Shown: positions 13,201-26,004 of the stretch, in pieces
How positions within the stretch are numbered: the stretch's first letter is position 1
Layout: the number at the start of each line of letters is the position of its first letter
Assembly (NCBI RefSeq): GCF_036588685.1
Contig: NC_086373.1
Location: 88,288,001 to 88,352,000 of the forward strand
DNA length: 64,000 nt
DNA from: Mytilus trossulus
Taxonomy: Eukaryota
Direction: 5' to 3'
Made by a program: the position numbers and the translations under genes
The notes under the pieces: generated by a model
What the model saw: only the letters and a program-made list of their open reading frames with translations
The model's database searches: none
What the model was told of the DNA's origin: nothing

Positions 13201-16200
13201 TCCCAACACAAAAAGACATTATGAACAGATCTGAGAGTACTCACAGTTATCTGACAGCTAGTTCAAAGCCACTAACAGCTAATAAAAAAATCATGCCTCT
13301 AAGACTAAACACTCAATCCGTACACATCCAACATTCAATGGAGTTATTTTATCTTGCTATTATGTTGAAGTCAAGTGGAGATTTTTTCAAAAATGAATCA
13401 AATTCAACTGGTCATACTGACCACACAACTAAAAAATTGTATTCTGACCAATTTTGTTTGTTCGGGACTACTATGATTCATCACTACAATTTAAGCAAGG
13501 ATTTCTTCTAGAAATTGCTTGTACCAAATGTTTTAACTGGGAAAGTCAAACATAAAAATCAATCAATTTATCCTCCAACATTGGTAAATATATTAAAGAA
13601 ATAAATCCATATCAAATGATATATATCAATGAAAATCTATCTTTTTGAATTTATAAAGTGAAATAAAGGTACAGGAGCCAAAAGTAACCTTAATTCTAAA
13701 CAGAATAGTCTACAGTCTTTAAATGTTAGTTTTGTTTTAGTTTCAGGGAACTTAAGGATATGATTTCATCAGAGACAGATATTACCCATGCTAACCAGTT
13801 TGTATTATATTCAGACAATCATTTGAACAATATTTTATCAGAAACTGACTGTGTTTTTCAAAATATTTCCACTGACTACGAGAATCCAGTCATTATATTA
13901 GATGTATCTATTAAAGATGAAATAGCCAGCATTAGTTATGAACCTTGGGAACATGCTGTGTTTGGTATGTTTTTAGTTACTGTAAATTCAGAAATTATTG
14001 CATGCATTTATTATTGTGATTTTGTCATTGTAGACTAAATGAGATTTTTAAAATGTTTGTGATATTGAGAAAAAAACCTGTTCAATTCATGTAAAAAAAA
14101 ATCAAAATGCAAGTTTTTGAGATTATAACCCTGTCACATTTTTGGCAACAATAAAATAATCTCTGAATTTACAATACTCAGTATTTAAGATATATTTTTT
14201 GAATTGTAAGTAATAAGATATTCTATAGCAGATTTTTTGTGGAAGGTTTTAAGTTTGATTGTTAAGGAATTTTGTGGGGAACCAATATTACACAGAACTT
14301 CTTACAATTTGCGTATTAGAGGCTGAAATATGAAAATAGTTATATTGTCAACTCATATTCATAATACTAAAAATGTGCTGCTTAAAATTATGTCTATACA
14401 CAAATATGACACAGTCCAAAGTAAACTGAATATAGCATAGAACAGTTATAATTTAGAAAGTGTTTGATAATTTCAGATGAGCCTATGCCATGTTTTGAAC
14501 TTACAGAACGAACAGTGTATGATATAAACAGAGATTATCAAGTTGCCAAAATATATTGTGCAAAAATGTTTTTAATGGAGAAGATAATAAAGAAACTGGA
14601 ATTGTTTAAAAAGTTGTTGCAGCAAACTGTTGGTGTCAGCAGGTAACTTTAACATTTTATTGTAGGATTAGTTAATAAAATCACTGATATCTAATAAATT
14701 TTGATATAATATATATTGCTCAAATGAATAAGATTAGCAGTAAAATCTTAAATTTTAATTTGGGACTATTTTTCTTGAAAATTGTATTTTTTTAAAATAT
14801 CTTGTGTTGATTAAGTGGGATGTAGAGTATGGGATCGATATTTTCATTTGGAATCAAGATGAAATTCAATAAAAATTCAAACAGCTAGAAATGCCATGAT
14901 GATTTTTAAATTTCCCTTTACCAGTGCATTGATCAGGTTTCTGTTATAATTCATAATGGTTTTATTTAAAAAGAAAGCATAATGAACAGAAGTTGGAAGT
15001 CTTCTCAAGAGAGTTAAGTTTCCTACGACAAAGACTTGGTGATATCAGCAGTCTAACAGAACATTCCAAGAAAGAGAAATTTACTGCTATAACTAGAGAA
15101 GGGGATGAAGCTGAGGATGATACAACTATGGTATGTATAAACAGAAATACACTGATTGGAAACATAACATTAAAGTTGTGACTACTGTGTTAGATTCTGA
15201 TTGCAGATTTGTCCATGTCTTTTAATTCATTTATTTTCAAATTTGAAAATCTGATTAAAATATGTTTCCTCTGTACAAGCTTTCCTTACAAGGAAAAGAC
15301 AACTCTCCTTCTACATTCTGTTCTGATCTTTATTAAATCAGACAAATTCCTGTCTACAAACATTTGAAAATATTAAATGTAATTATGTGAATAAATGGAG
15401 ATGTGTGTTATACATCAATAAGACAGTACTGTGGATTCATTATTATTTGTTGGATATCAATTTTCATGGGTTTTGTGGGTATGGGTGAACCACAGAATTA
15501 AATGTTCAATGAATGGCAAATTTTGTAAAGGCTTTTATAAACATGATAAAGACTTCGGCAAATACCAGGAAATTAAATGTCAACGAATATGCAAGTTTTC
15601 CTTCAGCCACTAAAATTGGTGCCCAGGAAAACAGTTGAATTCACAGTAATCCAACAGTACAAACAAAAATAAAGATGTCAACAATGAATGGCTTTCAACA
15701 GTAGACATGTGTTTAAACAAGCTATAAAGCATCCAGAGTATAGAAAATAATAAACTCAACATTCATGTTTAAAAAATCTGCCATATTTTTAAATACAAAA
15801 ATTGAAAACTTAAACCAAATGTAATAATAATAGTAAAAACTTGTACTGTAGATTTCTCCTTTAAGTTATTGGTTTTCACACATTATTTTTTTCTGTATTA
15901 AAAATCTTCTTTAAGATATAGATTTCTTTTCTGAAATACATATATTGGAAATTTTGCTTCAATTTATCAAAATTGATTTGTTTTTAATATTTTTAGACAA
16001 AAGCCAGAGTACAGAAATGTGAGAAGGTATTGTCAGAAATATCTGGATTATATACAGAAGAGAGAAAACTATTTCCAGGACAGAAACCATGTGCAAACTG
16101 TCTACAAAATAACACAGATAGGTATGGATAGTTAATATGTTTTATTTTCATAAGAAAGAAAGGACAGGAAAGGAAATAATTTTCAGCCGATATATGCAAT

Positions 16201-19068
16201 ATTAGGAGTAGAACATGTAAAAAGTCTATTTATAAACCATATATGTAGCTCCATATGGGGGGAGGCAATTAAAGTAAAGCCAGTACAGTAATAAAGCATT
16301 TAGCCTTAAGCTATGAAGTAAAAGAACATTCCTTAACATAATAATTCAGCTGGGTTTTTTCTAAACTTTTCACAATGACAGAAGAAAATTTACAAGGATT
16401 TTTTTTCCTAGTGAGAGAAAAGTAAGGAGACATATTGTACAGTCAGAAGAATTACTGAAGAAATTTGCTGAGAGACGGAGTCAACGTATGACTGTACATA
16501 TAGAATATATGCATAATTTTGACAGGTTAGTTTGTAAGAATTTCTAATCAAATTTTTCATATGTTTATTGGTAAAGTGTGTCTTTATTTCTGTATCTTTG
16601 ATAAAAGAGGGACAAACATTTGTGTTATAGTCTGTAATTTGTGGTTTTACACTTGACCCATTACTAAGCAAAGGATTTTTTCTTATTTTGTTTGGTTTTT
16701 AAAACATTTTAGTTTTGATAGATAATATTTATAATTTTTGTAGGAAAAACATTCTGGAACATTCCAAAGAAATACAAAAGATGATGACAATCAGTAAAAC
16801 AGAATTGGAGAAAGAACATTCAGATTTCATTGTATGGAATAGGTAATGCTGTAATTATATTTTACCCAAACACTTAGGATGTGTATACAGGAATATGATG
16901 ATTGATCTACATTCAATTCTTAAAGTGGAGATAATTAAAAAAAATATTTCAATACTGCCATATGTGGTACATTGTAATAGTCTCTTTAAATCACCAGGAC
17001 ATCTAATAACTTGAACAGATATTGCTGAAATTTATAACAGTTGTAGAACACCATATGAAAATGTGCAGAAGGGATATTATCCCTGTCTTTTAGTGTAGAA
17101 GACTAAATTCATTTTTGGTTCATTTTCCTTTTTTGTCAAATTTTTTTTAGACTTAATAATTTAAATTGAGATATGCAAAAACTATCACGGAATAGAATTT
17201 CCTGCCTAATATACATTATATGAACTGCAGGGCTTTTGTGTTTTTAAATAAGTTCACTCACAGTTTTAGGTTTTTATTTATTTTAAATAAAAAAGCATGA
17301 TTGAATAAAAGTTTTGTATTGTTAATGGAAAAACAAGCAACTGCTGTTTAAAGTAAATAAATAAAATATTTTTTTATTCTCAATCATGTCAATATTGTAT
17401 TTTGAAACTAGTTAAAACATTGAAATTTTGTTGTATAAAAAAATACAGGAATATGGTTTATATATTTGTAGATATTTTAAACAAGGAAAGAAAAAGAGCT
17501 CAGAATTGGATGTTTATATTAGTGAAGCTGGTTCTTCTATTGGTGATCTTGTACAGACATTTAAGGTCAGAATTGTTACAGTGTGGTGACACAATATATA
17601 TTTACACAAAACATATTTATAGGTTTCATATTTACAACTCCTAAAGTTTTTTCAAAGCCCTTTGAACAATGATTAATTCTTTGATGACAAATATTTCATA
17701 CAAGACATGATAATTAAGACAATTTTAGTTTAATATATGGTCTGCTTAAAACAAAACTTTGAATACTGTATTAAGCAAAGATCATAAAAGATGTTTTCAT
17801 GTTAATCTTTAACTGTATTTTCATTTTTGTGCCAGGAACTAAGTACACAAGAACCACCATTACCAGCCATAGGAGAAAAGACTCTTAAAAGAAAACAGTT
17901 TATCACAGATGTTCATTTAAGGTAATGTTTGTTTTCAAAAAGGGTCATACTAGATAGATCTGCTGACAAATTTTCTCTTTCTCGTACATTTTTTTCATAG
18001 AACCTTTTTTGTTTCTTTGGATAGAAAAAAGGTTAAGTAAATGAACTTAGTAAAAAACTGATTAGAAATTTCAAATACAGAATAATTGTCTTAGATTTAT
18101 ATTTTAATGAAAAAGATTAGAAAAAAAACATACTTTTCCATTTTCCAAAATAAATTCAACCAAGACTGGGATAGAAATACCTAATGTGATCTTTAAATGC
18201 TGATTTAGATTTTCTCTTTCTTTAGAGTTGAAGATATACAGAGGAATGTCATGGAATCCAAATTGATAGCAGTTCAGTCAAGGGAACAGTTAGATAGGTA
18301 AGTTCATACTCTCTGTAACTGATTGTCCTGAAATAAGATAAAAGATCAGATGGGGTAAAAGGGGGTTCCCCATTACATGTCATTCTACATTAAAGATGGC
18401 AGACATAAGTTCAAAGTATAAATTGTTTATCTTATTTGAGCTTACTGGTGGAGACATGAGGTGTTTTGTAGATTGTCTTCCTATTTTGTGAAATGTTGTT
18501 TGATAAGTGTCTTTTGATCCTTGAACTTGTCAGTCACTCTTTCCAATGGAGGTTCCGTAAAGAGTCTTGATATGCTTTTTAAAATTAAACAAAAATTATA
18601 GAATAATACAATGTATTCTGAAAAACTTTTCTCTTGGTTCTACTCTAGTCAACTTTCTATTTGAAGTAAAAAAAAACACTGCACTTTTCATTAATTGCGC
18701 AATCTTCTATTACTTTTATATCAGACGTGATATGGAATGTAACTGAACAATTGCTAGTTTATTCAGAGTTTATTCTCATTATTATAATCCAGGTCCAACA
18801 AGCTTATATTAAGTTTAAGGCATATTTCGTGTTTATACTTATTAACTCATAAAGTTTTGCTTACAAATTTTAAGTATTTTGTAATAATAAAAATACTTTG
18901 TCTTTCTCTTTCAGTTTGTCATCCTTAATGAGTGATTTCCCATCCCTTGAGGATGTTGACTATACCTCATTGACCAACAAATCTGATACTTCATTGACCA
19001 ATGGAGTAGATACAACCCTTGAAAAGGACATGTCAATTTTAGAGGACTTGGTTGATTGCAAAAGATGA
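4262..19068 (+). CDS. TBK1: TBK1/IKK-epsilon-family Ser/Thr kinase, 18 coding exons, about 760 aa
   Basis: Exons (all GT-AG, phases consistent, 2283 nt, no internal stop): 4262-4366, 5674-5799, 8581-8707, 9527-9617, 10243-10333, 10971-11131, 11491-11601, 12253-12432, 13741-13964, 14477-14642, 14974-15130, 15997-16121, 16412-16525, 16744-16842, 17472-17565, 17836-17921, 18226-18297, 18915-19068. Motifs: [76 protein letters not shown], then ubiquitin-like and coiled-coil regions (EYMHNFDR resembles TBK1 EEQIHKFDK). TBK1 versus IKBKE orthology is not resolved; 3' exons are less certain than kinase exons. Confidence 0.92.
4835..4930 (-). repeat. (TTAC)n-tailed 3' stub of a non-LTR retroelement
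   Basis: Minus strand reads GAGCTC..GAGCTC hairpin, AATAAA, then TTACTTAC repeats (plus strand GTAA repeats at 4835-4862). Confidence 0.4.
5230..5425 (+). mobile_element. Degenerate tRNA-derived SINE
   Basis: B-box-like GTGAGTTCCAATCC followed by core GTGGCTTTCTTCAGGCACTC..ACTTCCTCCACCAATAAAAAC resembling mollusc V/Meta-type SINE cores. Confidence 0.5.
6048..6241. mobile_element. Tc1/mariner-type MITE (TA TSD)
   Basis: TIRs CTGTAAATTCAGAAATTA / TAATTTCTGAATTTACAG flanked by TA on both sides; sister copy at 13980-14174. Confidence 0.8.
6674..8471 (+). mobile_element. Helentron-associated non-autonomous element (HINE/DINE-1-like) with three internal ~500-bp tandem repeats
   Basis: 5' T-run + AGCTCACCTGG..CCAAGTGAGCT hairpin, (CGTC)-rich tract, units starting 6761, 7261, 7758, 3' subterminal IR CCAAGGTGAGC, stem-loop AGGCTC-TTTG-GAGCCT and CTAGTTTT end. 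Confidence 0.85.
10738..10920. mobile_element. Two oppositely oriented fragments of the short dispersed repeat family ending ..CACCACATCTTCC
   Basis: 10821-10920 matches 29070-29172 and the reverse complement of 53400-53500; 10738-10795 matches the family in the other orientation. Confidence 0.65.
12745..13341 (-). mobile_element. Dispersed repeat, probable Penelope-derived 3' region
   Basis: Shares GCCTGTCCCAAGTCAGGAGCC and the GTTGTCTCATTGGCA..CCACATCTTC end with many other copies in the window (21355, 22170, 24130-24350, 28090-28290, 57050). Confidence 0.75.
13980..14174. mobile_element. Tc1/mariner-type MITE, same family as 6048-6241
   Basis: TA-CTGTAAATTCAGAAATTATTGC ... TCTGAATTTACAA-TA; inserted 15 nt after the exon 9 donor. 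Confidence 0.75.
15429..15646. mobile_element. TA-flanked MITE, second family
   Basis: TA-CTGTGGATTCA ... TGAATTCACAG-TA. Confidence 0.65.
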
Positions 19069-19069
19069 A

Positions 19070-19075
19070 AATAAA
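19070..19075 (+). terminator. Candidate polyadenylation signal of the kinase gene
   Basis: AATAAA directly after the TGA; further AATAAA hexamers lie downstream, so the used site is unknown. Confidence 0.25.
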
Positions 19076-22000
19076 ATGTAGCTGTTGCTTTAGTTACTGC
19101 AAAGCACATTATTTCTGTGATATGAATATAGAGAACACATGATGTAATTGGTGAAAAGTAATTCTATGCATATTTCTGATGTTGTTTGATTGGATAATTG
19201 GTGTTTTAAAGAAGTGTTATTAATTGGTACAAAAATACCAAATAATTCATCTATCATTGCTAACTTATATAGTATTCATTAGAACCAGATTGAATTTTGA
19301 TATATATTGATATATTTAAGCATTTTTATATCAGAAATGTCTGAATGATAAATTTATACTATTAACCGGGTCTTAATCTAATCTTGAACATGCCTGTTTT
19401 TGATAGACTATAGAACAATAATGTCATCGGTGTTCCTTAACCATATCAATCATGTAATTATTGCATTAATTTAATTGATATCAATATGAATACTAAATAG
19501 AACATAGTGAAATCCAGCATCCATATTAATCCCAGGCTACAAAATGATTCAAATATTTCAGTTTATACTAATTAAAAACAGTTTTTTTCAAATAATCACA
19601 CATCTTTTTAAAATGAGTAAAATAAGATTTATACACATTTTTTTTGTAACAAGCTGTTCAAGCTTTGCAAAACTATCTTAAATATATTGAAGATATCTTG
19701 CAGTCTTTGAGTTCCTGACTCATTCTAGTATATGGGATGGATAAAAATTCAGGTAAATTTTCTAAAAGGAAAAGATAAAAGGAAGAGATTCCTTGAAACT
19801 TCTAGTCACTGAAATTCCTTCTGTTTTTATTTCAATAAACTATATACACATTATTCTATTTAGGGTTGTTAATTAAGTGTTACTTTAGATTACTTATTTA
19901 AATTATGTAGATTTATTTTATGATTTTATTGTTACAGTTATTGCCTGCTCTAAACAGCCAAACTCCTATATCCCCACAATATTTCTCAGTCCCAATTTTT
20001 CTTATTGATATTAAAATTCCAATGAAAAGCCATATTAAAATATTACCAATAATTGAATGATGTTATAAACTAATAGGTCATAAGCAGTGAAGTTATCCTC
20101 TCTTTGAATGTTAATAACTTTTATAGTATTTTAAACAATAAGTGTTAATACTTGGGCATCTAAATGTCTACATCAGAAATAAAAATCAATTATAAGTGAA
20201 CTGATTAATGATGATTGGTATGTTGAATACTGATAATGTAGCCAACAAAATAACTTTTGACATAGTTCAGTCAAGTGCATGCAGGGATAAAACTTGTTTG
20301 CTTAAAAGAAGTAGTTTTTTTCTAATTTTCTTCAGAAAGGTATTTCAAGATGTATTATCTATTGGAAAAAAGTGAGTGTTATACAAATCATGCATTTGTT
20401 TTAATACATGTACAAATATACACTTAATCTTTGCAGTTCAGTAGTGTTTGTTTTATCAACTAACCACTCATTCATAGATCTTTTGTATATAAAAACAAAT
20501 TCTAGATATTCCGCCACTCTTGCATATCGACAAAAAGGTGGCAGTATCCCAAGAAATGTAAACAATTTTGTTTTGGAAATAATGCAAAACTTTATAAAAT
20601 CAAGTACAAAACCAAAGATTGTGTTTATGCAAACTTATTATGTGCTGAATATTTTTTTTATAAAATAATTATTAATATGTGTTTTATTTTTTTCATTTAT
20701 TGGAATTTCCACTGATATATATTCAGAAAACTATGAAAAGCCAACTTTTGTTTTTTTTCATACATGTTCTTTACCAAGGAAAGTCAGGTGCATGTTATTC
20801 AATGGTCATGTTTGTTGGTTTCTGTATATTTGTTATTTCTTTATGTTTTTAGCATAAATCAGGTTGTTGTTTTTCTTTTGAATTATTCAACCAATTTACA
20901 GATTTAACTTTAATACAACATAAGAATTGACAACAGAAAGCAAATTTTTGACATTCTAGAGTTACTGTATTTTGACCCTTAGATTCGATTCAAGTTTTCA
21001 AAAAGTGTGCTTCACTAGCTTTAGTGGAACTGACTTCAAACAAACTTTACATAGTTGTTGATATTAATGAGGAAACTCAGTTGTGTTTAATTAATTTTCT
21101 GGTTTGTCATTCTAGGGTTATGAAACTTAAACTGTTACATTTCATGCAATTTTTCACAAAATACACATTGGCTTTAGTATTCCAAGGGTTGATTTCCCCC
21201 AAACTTTACATTATTTTTATTGATTGAGTGGAAAATGTACAAAAATTTGTAAACATGATTAAATGCTTTCGAATTATCCCATTTTTTTCTTGCAACAATT
21301 TCAATATGTATGCACAATAAGTGCCTCTCACTCCCTCTTTCATTCTGTATACATCTGTCCCAAGTCCGGAGCCTGTAATTCAGTGGTTGTTGTTTGCTGT
21401 TGTATGTCATATTTGTTGTTTGTTTATTGTTTAATACATAAAGACATAATTATTACAAATAGTAATATGAAGGCTGCTTCTAACCAAAACCAAAATATTA
21501 GTGGCTATGAAGCTATAGTTAGACTTTCTGATTCAAATGAATTCATGTGGTCTAATGCAAGATTTCAAAAACATGCACTTTTTGTCATTTTGAGTAAAGG
21601 ACAATGAATGACACTGAATTATATTTTGATTTAATTGATATTGTAAACTTTTGTGAAAAGTTATCAAAGGTACCAGGATTAATATAATCTTTAAAAAGAA
21701 GTATTTTGACTAAGGTTCATAAAATATTTTGATGCACAAGTCTGATTACATTTTGCATATATACCATATACAGTTCTTTTGCCTCATGGTGAGAATTCTC
21801 AGATCTGTGCTTTATGTATTGTGTATCTCTGTTAGCTATTGTTGTGCTTTGTATTGATCGGATGAGTTTAGTCCTTTTGAACTAATTTTTATAGTTTGTT
21901 CTTATGTTGTCCTGTTACACCACTATTCCAGGTTAAGGATAGACTTGGCCACCTGTAACTGTGGTTAACAATGTATGATCATTGTTGTTTTTTGCTGTAT

Positions 22001-22958
22001 ATTATAATTGTTTTTGTTTTTTGTTTATTGTATATTCAGTAGTTTCTCTTTTATATAGTTTTAATTTGTCATCTCAGGCCTTTAATGGCTTGCTGTGCAG
22101 TATGGCCATTTGTCAAAGGCTTTACAGTTCAGTATTATTGCTGACCTTCCTCATCATTTGGTGCAGTGTTGACTCATTGGCAATCATACCTCATCTTATT
22201 ATTACATGTAGTAATATTTGATTTTTTTGGTTTTAAATTTTATCATTTTTCAGATCATTTAAAACTAATAGCAGAATCTATTTGCATATTTAACCCATTC
22301 TTTTAGTAAACAGGCAGAAACACTATAAAGTTTTGACTGATACTAGCATGCCATTTGTAAAGTCAATTTTTGGGCAATATCATCCATTGGAATTGCATGT
22401 CTTATGATGAATGGGATGAAGAAGTTTTTCCTATGAATGCACATATCTGTTTCCATTTGGATTTCATGCAATTTTACTGTATTTTTGCCTGTATATTTGT
22501 AACTTTTCCTTATTTATTTGAACTAATCCCCATTTAAATGATTACCAAAAGTATGAATTGCTTGCAGCAAAACAAAAACCAAAGACTTGATAATCAATAT
22601 ATTGTAATAACTCTTTTTACTTTGGAAATGATAGAAAACATACTTTGTAGAACATAATTTTATTGATGGTGTTTTGATTATAACAACTTGAATTTATGTA
22701 TGTAAACCTACACCAGAGTGAATCTGTGATACATTTATATATTAAATTGTTATGTTTGTTTCATTGAAGAATTTACAGAAAATAAAAAAAATATATATTT
22801 AACCTTAATTTTTTTCCAAAAAAATCAAAACCATGTTTCATAAGATTTAAAAAAAAATTGTTATTTTTAACAGAGGGATTCTTTTAGTCTCCACAAGTTA
22901 CCAAATGACAAGAATTACCAACTATAATACTTTGCCTTCCATAATGAACAAAGCCCAT

Positions 22959-24119
22959 ACATACTTACTTTTACTTACTGCCCTTGTACGCCATTGGCGT
23001 GTAGGGCAGTAACGAAGATTTTCCACTTTTGTCTGTCGTTGGCAGTTTTCTGTAGTGTGCCCCATGTCTGTTGATATTTACTAGCCTCTGCCTCTACAGT
23101 TCTTCTCCATGTCATTTTGGGTCTTCCTCTCTTTCTTTTACCTACTGGGGTCCAGTGGAGTGCTGTCTTTGTGATATCCTCTTGGTCTTTCCGCAGGACA
23201 TGCCCAATCCACATCCAGAGTCTTCTCATTATTGTTGTGGCTATATCTTGTTGTTGGCATCTGATGTATAGGTCCTCGTTTGAAATTTTATGTGGCCAAA
23301 AGATTCGCAGAATCCTTCTTAGACTTTTAGTATGGAATACTGACAGCTTGTTTTGGTCTTGTTCTGTCATCCTCCAACATTCTGAACCATACAAAAGTAC
23401 AGGCAAGACACAGCTGCTGTAAAGTTTGAGTTTGGTCCGGATGGTATATTGACCAGATCTCCATACAGCCTGCAGGTTGTAAAGAGCTGACCTTGCCTTT
23501 GATAGTCGTCTTTTGATGTCACATTCTGCGCCGCCATTGGTAGTAACAGTGCTGCTAAGGTATGTGAAGGTATCAACATGTGGTAATGTTTTTCCATCCA
23601 GCAATACTGACCCTGGGTTGTTTACATTAAGTGTCATGACTTCAGTTTTCTTTATGTTGATTTTTAGCTCCATCTGTCCTGAATATTTTTCTAACTCTGA
23701 GGTCCTATCTTGAATATGTTGGTATGTGTGAGACATTAATGCTAAGTCATCAGCAAAATCTAGGTCTTCCAGAGTGGTAAAAGTGCCCCATCTTATGCCT
23801 CTTGGTGTATTAGCTGTTGTTTGTCTCATTATCCAGTCGATGACTATAATGAAGAGTGTCGATGACATGATACATCCTTCCCTTACTCCTGATTTTACTT
23901 GGAAGTATATATTACTGTATCCAACCCTGCACTGAAATCTCTCGTAGAATGCTTTTATGAGGTTGATGAGATGTTGTGGAATGCCATATGATTGCAATAT
24001 TTTCGAAAGACTTTCCCTGTGGATGCTGTCAAATGCTTTTTCAAAGTCAACAAAGTTTATATATAGCTGCCGCTGCCATTCTGTGCATTGTTCTGTAATA
24101 TTTCTTAACGTAAATATTT
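22959..24119 (-). mobile_element. 5'-truncated RTE-clade LINE (RT domain and C-terminus)
   Basis: Open frame 24117-22975 (381 codons incl. stop): FVDFEKAFDS, GVREGCIMS, LDFADDL, INIKKTEVM, VLLYGSECW, WIGHVLR, GKRKRGRP; (GTAA/GTAT)n tail; 9-bp TSD AAAGCCCAT at 22950-22958 and 24120-24128. Confidence 0.92.
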
Positions 24120-26004
24120 AAAGCCCATCATATCAGCTATAAAAGGTCTAGAAATGACAAATGTAAAACAATTGAAATGACATAATTAACAGTCAAATAT
24201 ATGTATAAAAATGAACGACAAGCAAATTCTACACAGCAACAAACACCAACTACTGAATATCAGACTTCTGATTGTGGACAGGCACATACAGAACGTGGCA
24301 GTGTTAAACTAAGTTGTCGCCAACCCCCCTCCCAATGGGACAGTGTTGTGTTATATATCTGTGGCACATCACAATAATTCATGTTACAAAACAATAAACA
24401 TAAAAAATATGAAAAACAGCAAAAAATAACGACACTCAATTACTGGCTCCTATTTTAAGTACATATAGAATGTGATTAGATTAAAGTCGTTTAATTGATT
24501 AGTATATTTGGTATTGTAATGTTGATTGCTCCTCGAGATGGTGTGGTATAAGTAACACTGTATTTTGTTTTTTGAACAATAAAAACAGTTGTATGTGGTA
24601 CAATTGGTCATCTCATGTAGACATGGTTTGTCTTTGGCCAGTCTAGAATCATTGTATGAACAGGAAGATCCATGCCTATATTAGTCTGTGTATACATACA
24701 GTGTAGATCTTATAAAAGTTCATATGAAGATACCAAGATCTTGTTGATTAGTAACCCGTATAATTCACGATGGTCTTAAATTATAAATTCGGGGTACTGA
24801 CGCTGTTAATAATCGTTGTTACAGTATTTGTCTTTGAAATTAATTTATTTACTCTTTTGTTATATTTGGTTATATCCCTTTGATGTGGCTCGGTACTCAT
24901 CCATCCCGTTATTGTGCTATGGTGAATTTTGGTATTCTTGTCTTTCGATTTTACTGATGTGCTTTGTCTATATAACGTGTTGCTTTCTTTGATGTCATAC
25001 TTCTTTGTTATTATAATGATTAAGATTATAACACAATGTTTGACTGTGGTATCTCTTCTTTTGACATTTTTACCTATAATGTCTGTTTGCTTTGTTTACT
25101 CGTTGTGGTCAATAGAATGGAACTGTTTGTTACTGTCATATAAGTGAAAGGTTTGGCTGACTTTTAGGTCAAGCTTGGTTCAACATATGAAAATGCCTGT
25201 AAAAAGTCAGGAATATGACAGCTGGTATCCATTCGTTGGATGTGTTGGTTGTTTTCATTTTGTTATTTATCATGAACATCCCATTTAGGATTGTCCTCGT
25301 GTTTTAGTATTTTTTGTCATGATAGTTTTCAGTATATATATTCGGTACAGAATATACTTCTATAGACAAGAATCCTAATGTTAACGCTGTCATACCAGGG
25401 TTGGAGTGGTCTTTTATCAAATTCTTCCCAATTAGCACGATATAGTTTGTCTTTTATTTGTTTAGAATCGATGTTTGAATCGTTACATGCTTCATTCATG
25501 TTATAATCGGGATAAAAGATCCAGAGTAGGAAGAACGAACTAAAGCTTAATGCGACCCAACTACCATAGGTAATAAATTCATTGTTAAATTTATAATTTT
25601 ATTTTGTTTAACGATACAGTCATATCATATTTAGCTAGCTACAAAACCAGCTCTTCATCAGAAAACCCTGAACCAAGTCAGGAATATGACAGTTGTTTGA
25701 TTTGTTTGATTTGCCATTTGATTAGGTATTTTCCGTTTTGAATTTTCCTCGTAGTTCATTTTTTTTGGTGATTTTTACTTTTTATTTACAGGTCTATTAA
25801 CTTACTAAAGTACCGTCCACCTTCATTATCATTGTTAACTAATTGGAACCAATAATCATTGTTAACTATTTAGAACCAATAGCCATATATTACAAAATTT
25901 TGTTTGAATTAATATTTACTAAAATATACGTATTATGACTACTTCAAATTCATAAATTATTGTGTGTTTTTATTATAGCGATTGTTTAAGAATGGGCTAA
26001 CATG

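Noticed and set aside
16486-16491. Earlier GT donor (GTATGA) for kinase exon 13
   Set aside because: Gives the wrong phase for exon 14; reading on to 16525 restores phase and the TBK1-like HNFDR motif.
19100-22900. Additional gene downstream of the kinase
   Set aside because: Only short low-complexity ORFs and repeat scraps; no consistent exon chain found; may include 3' UTR.
22975-23997. 340-aa ORF as a host gene or active transposon
   Set aside because: 5'-truncated LINE lacking endonuclease and true start, bounded by a TSD; overlapping plus-strand ORFs are antisense shadows.
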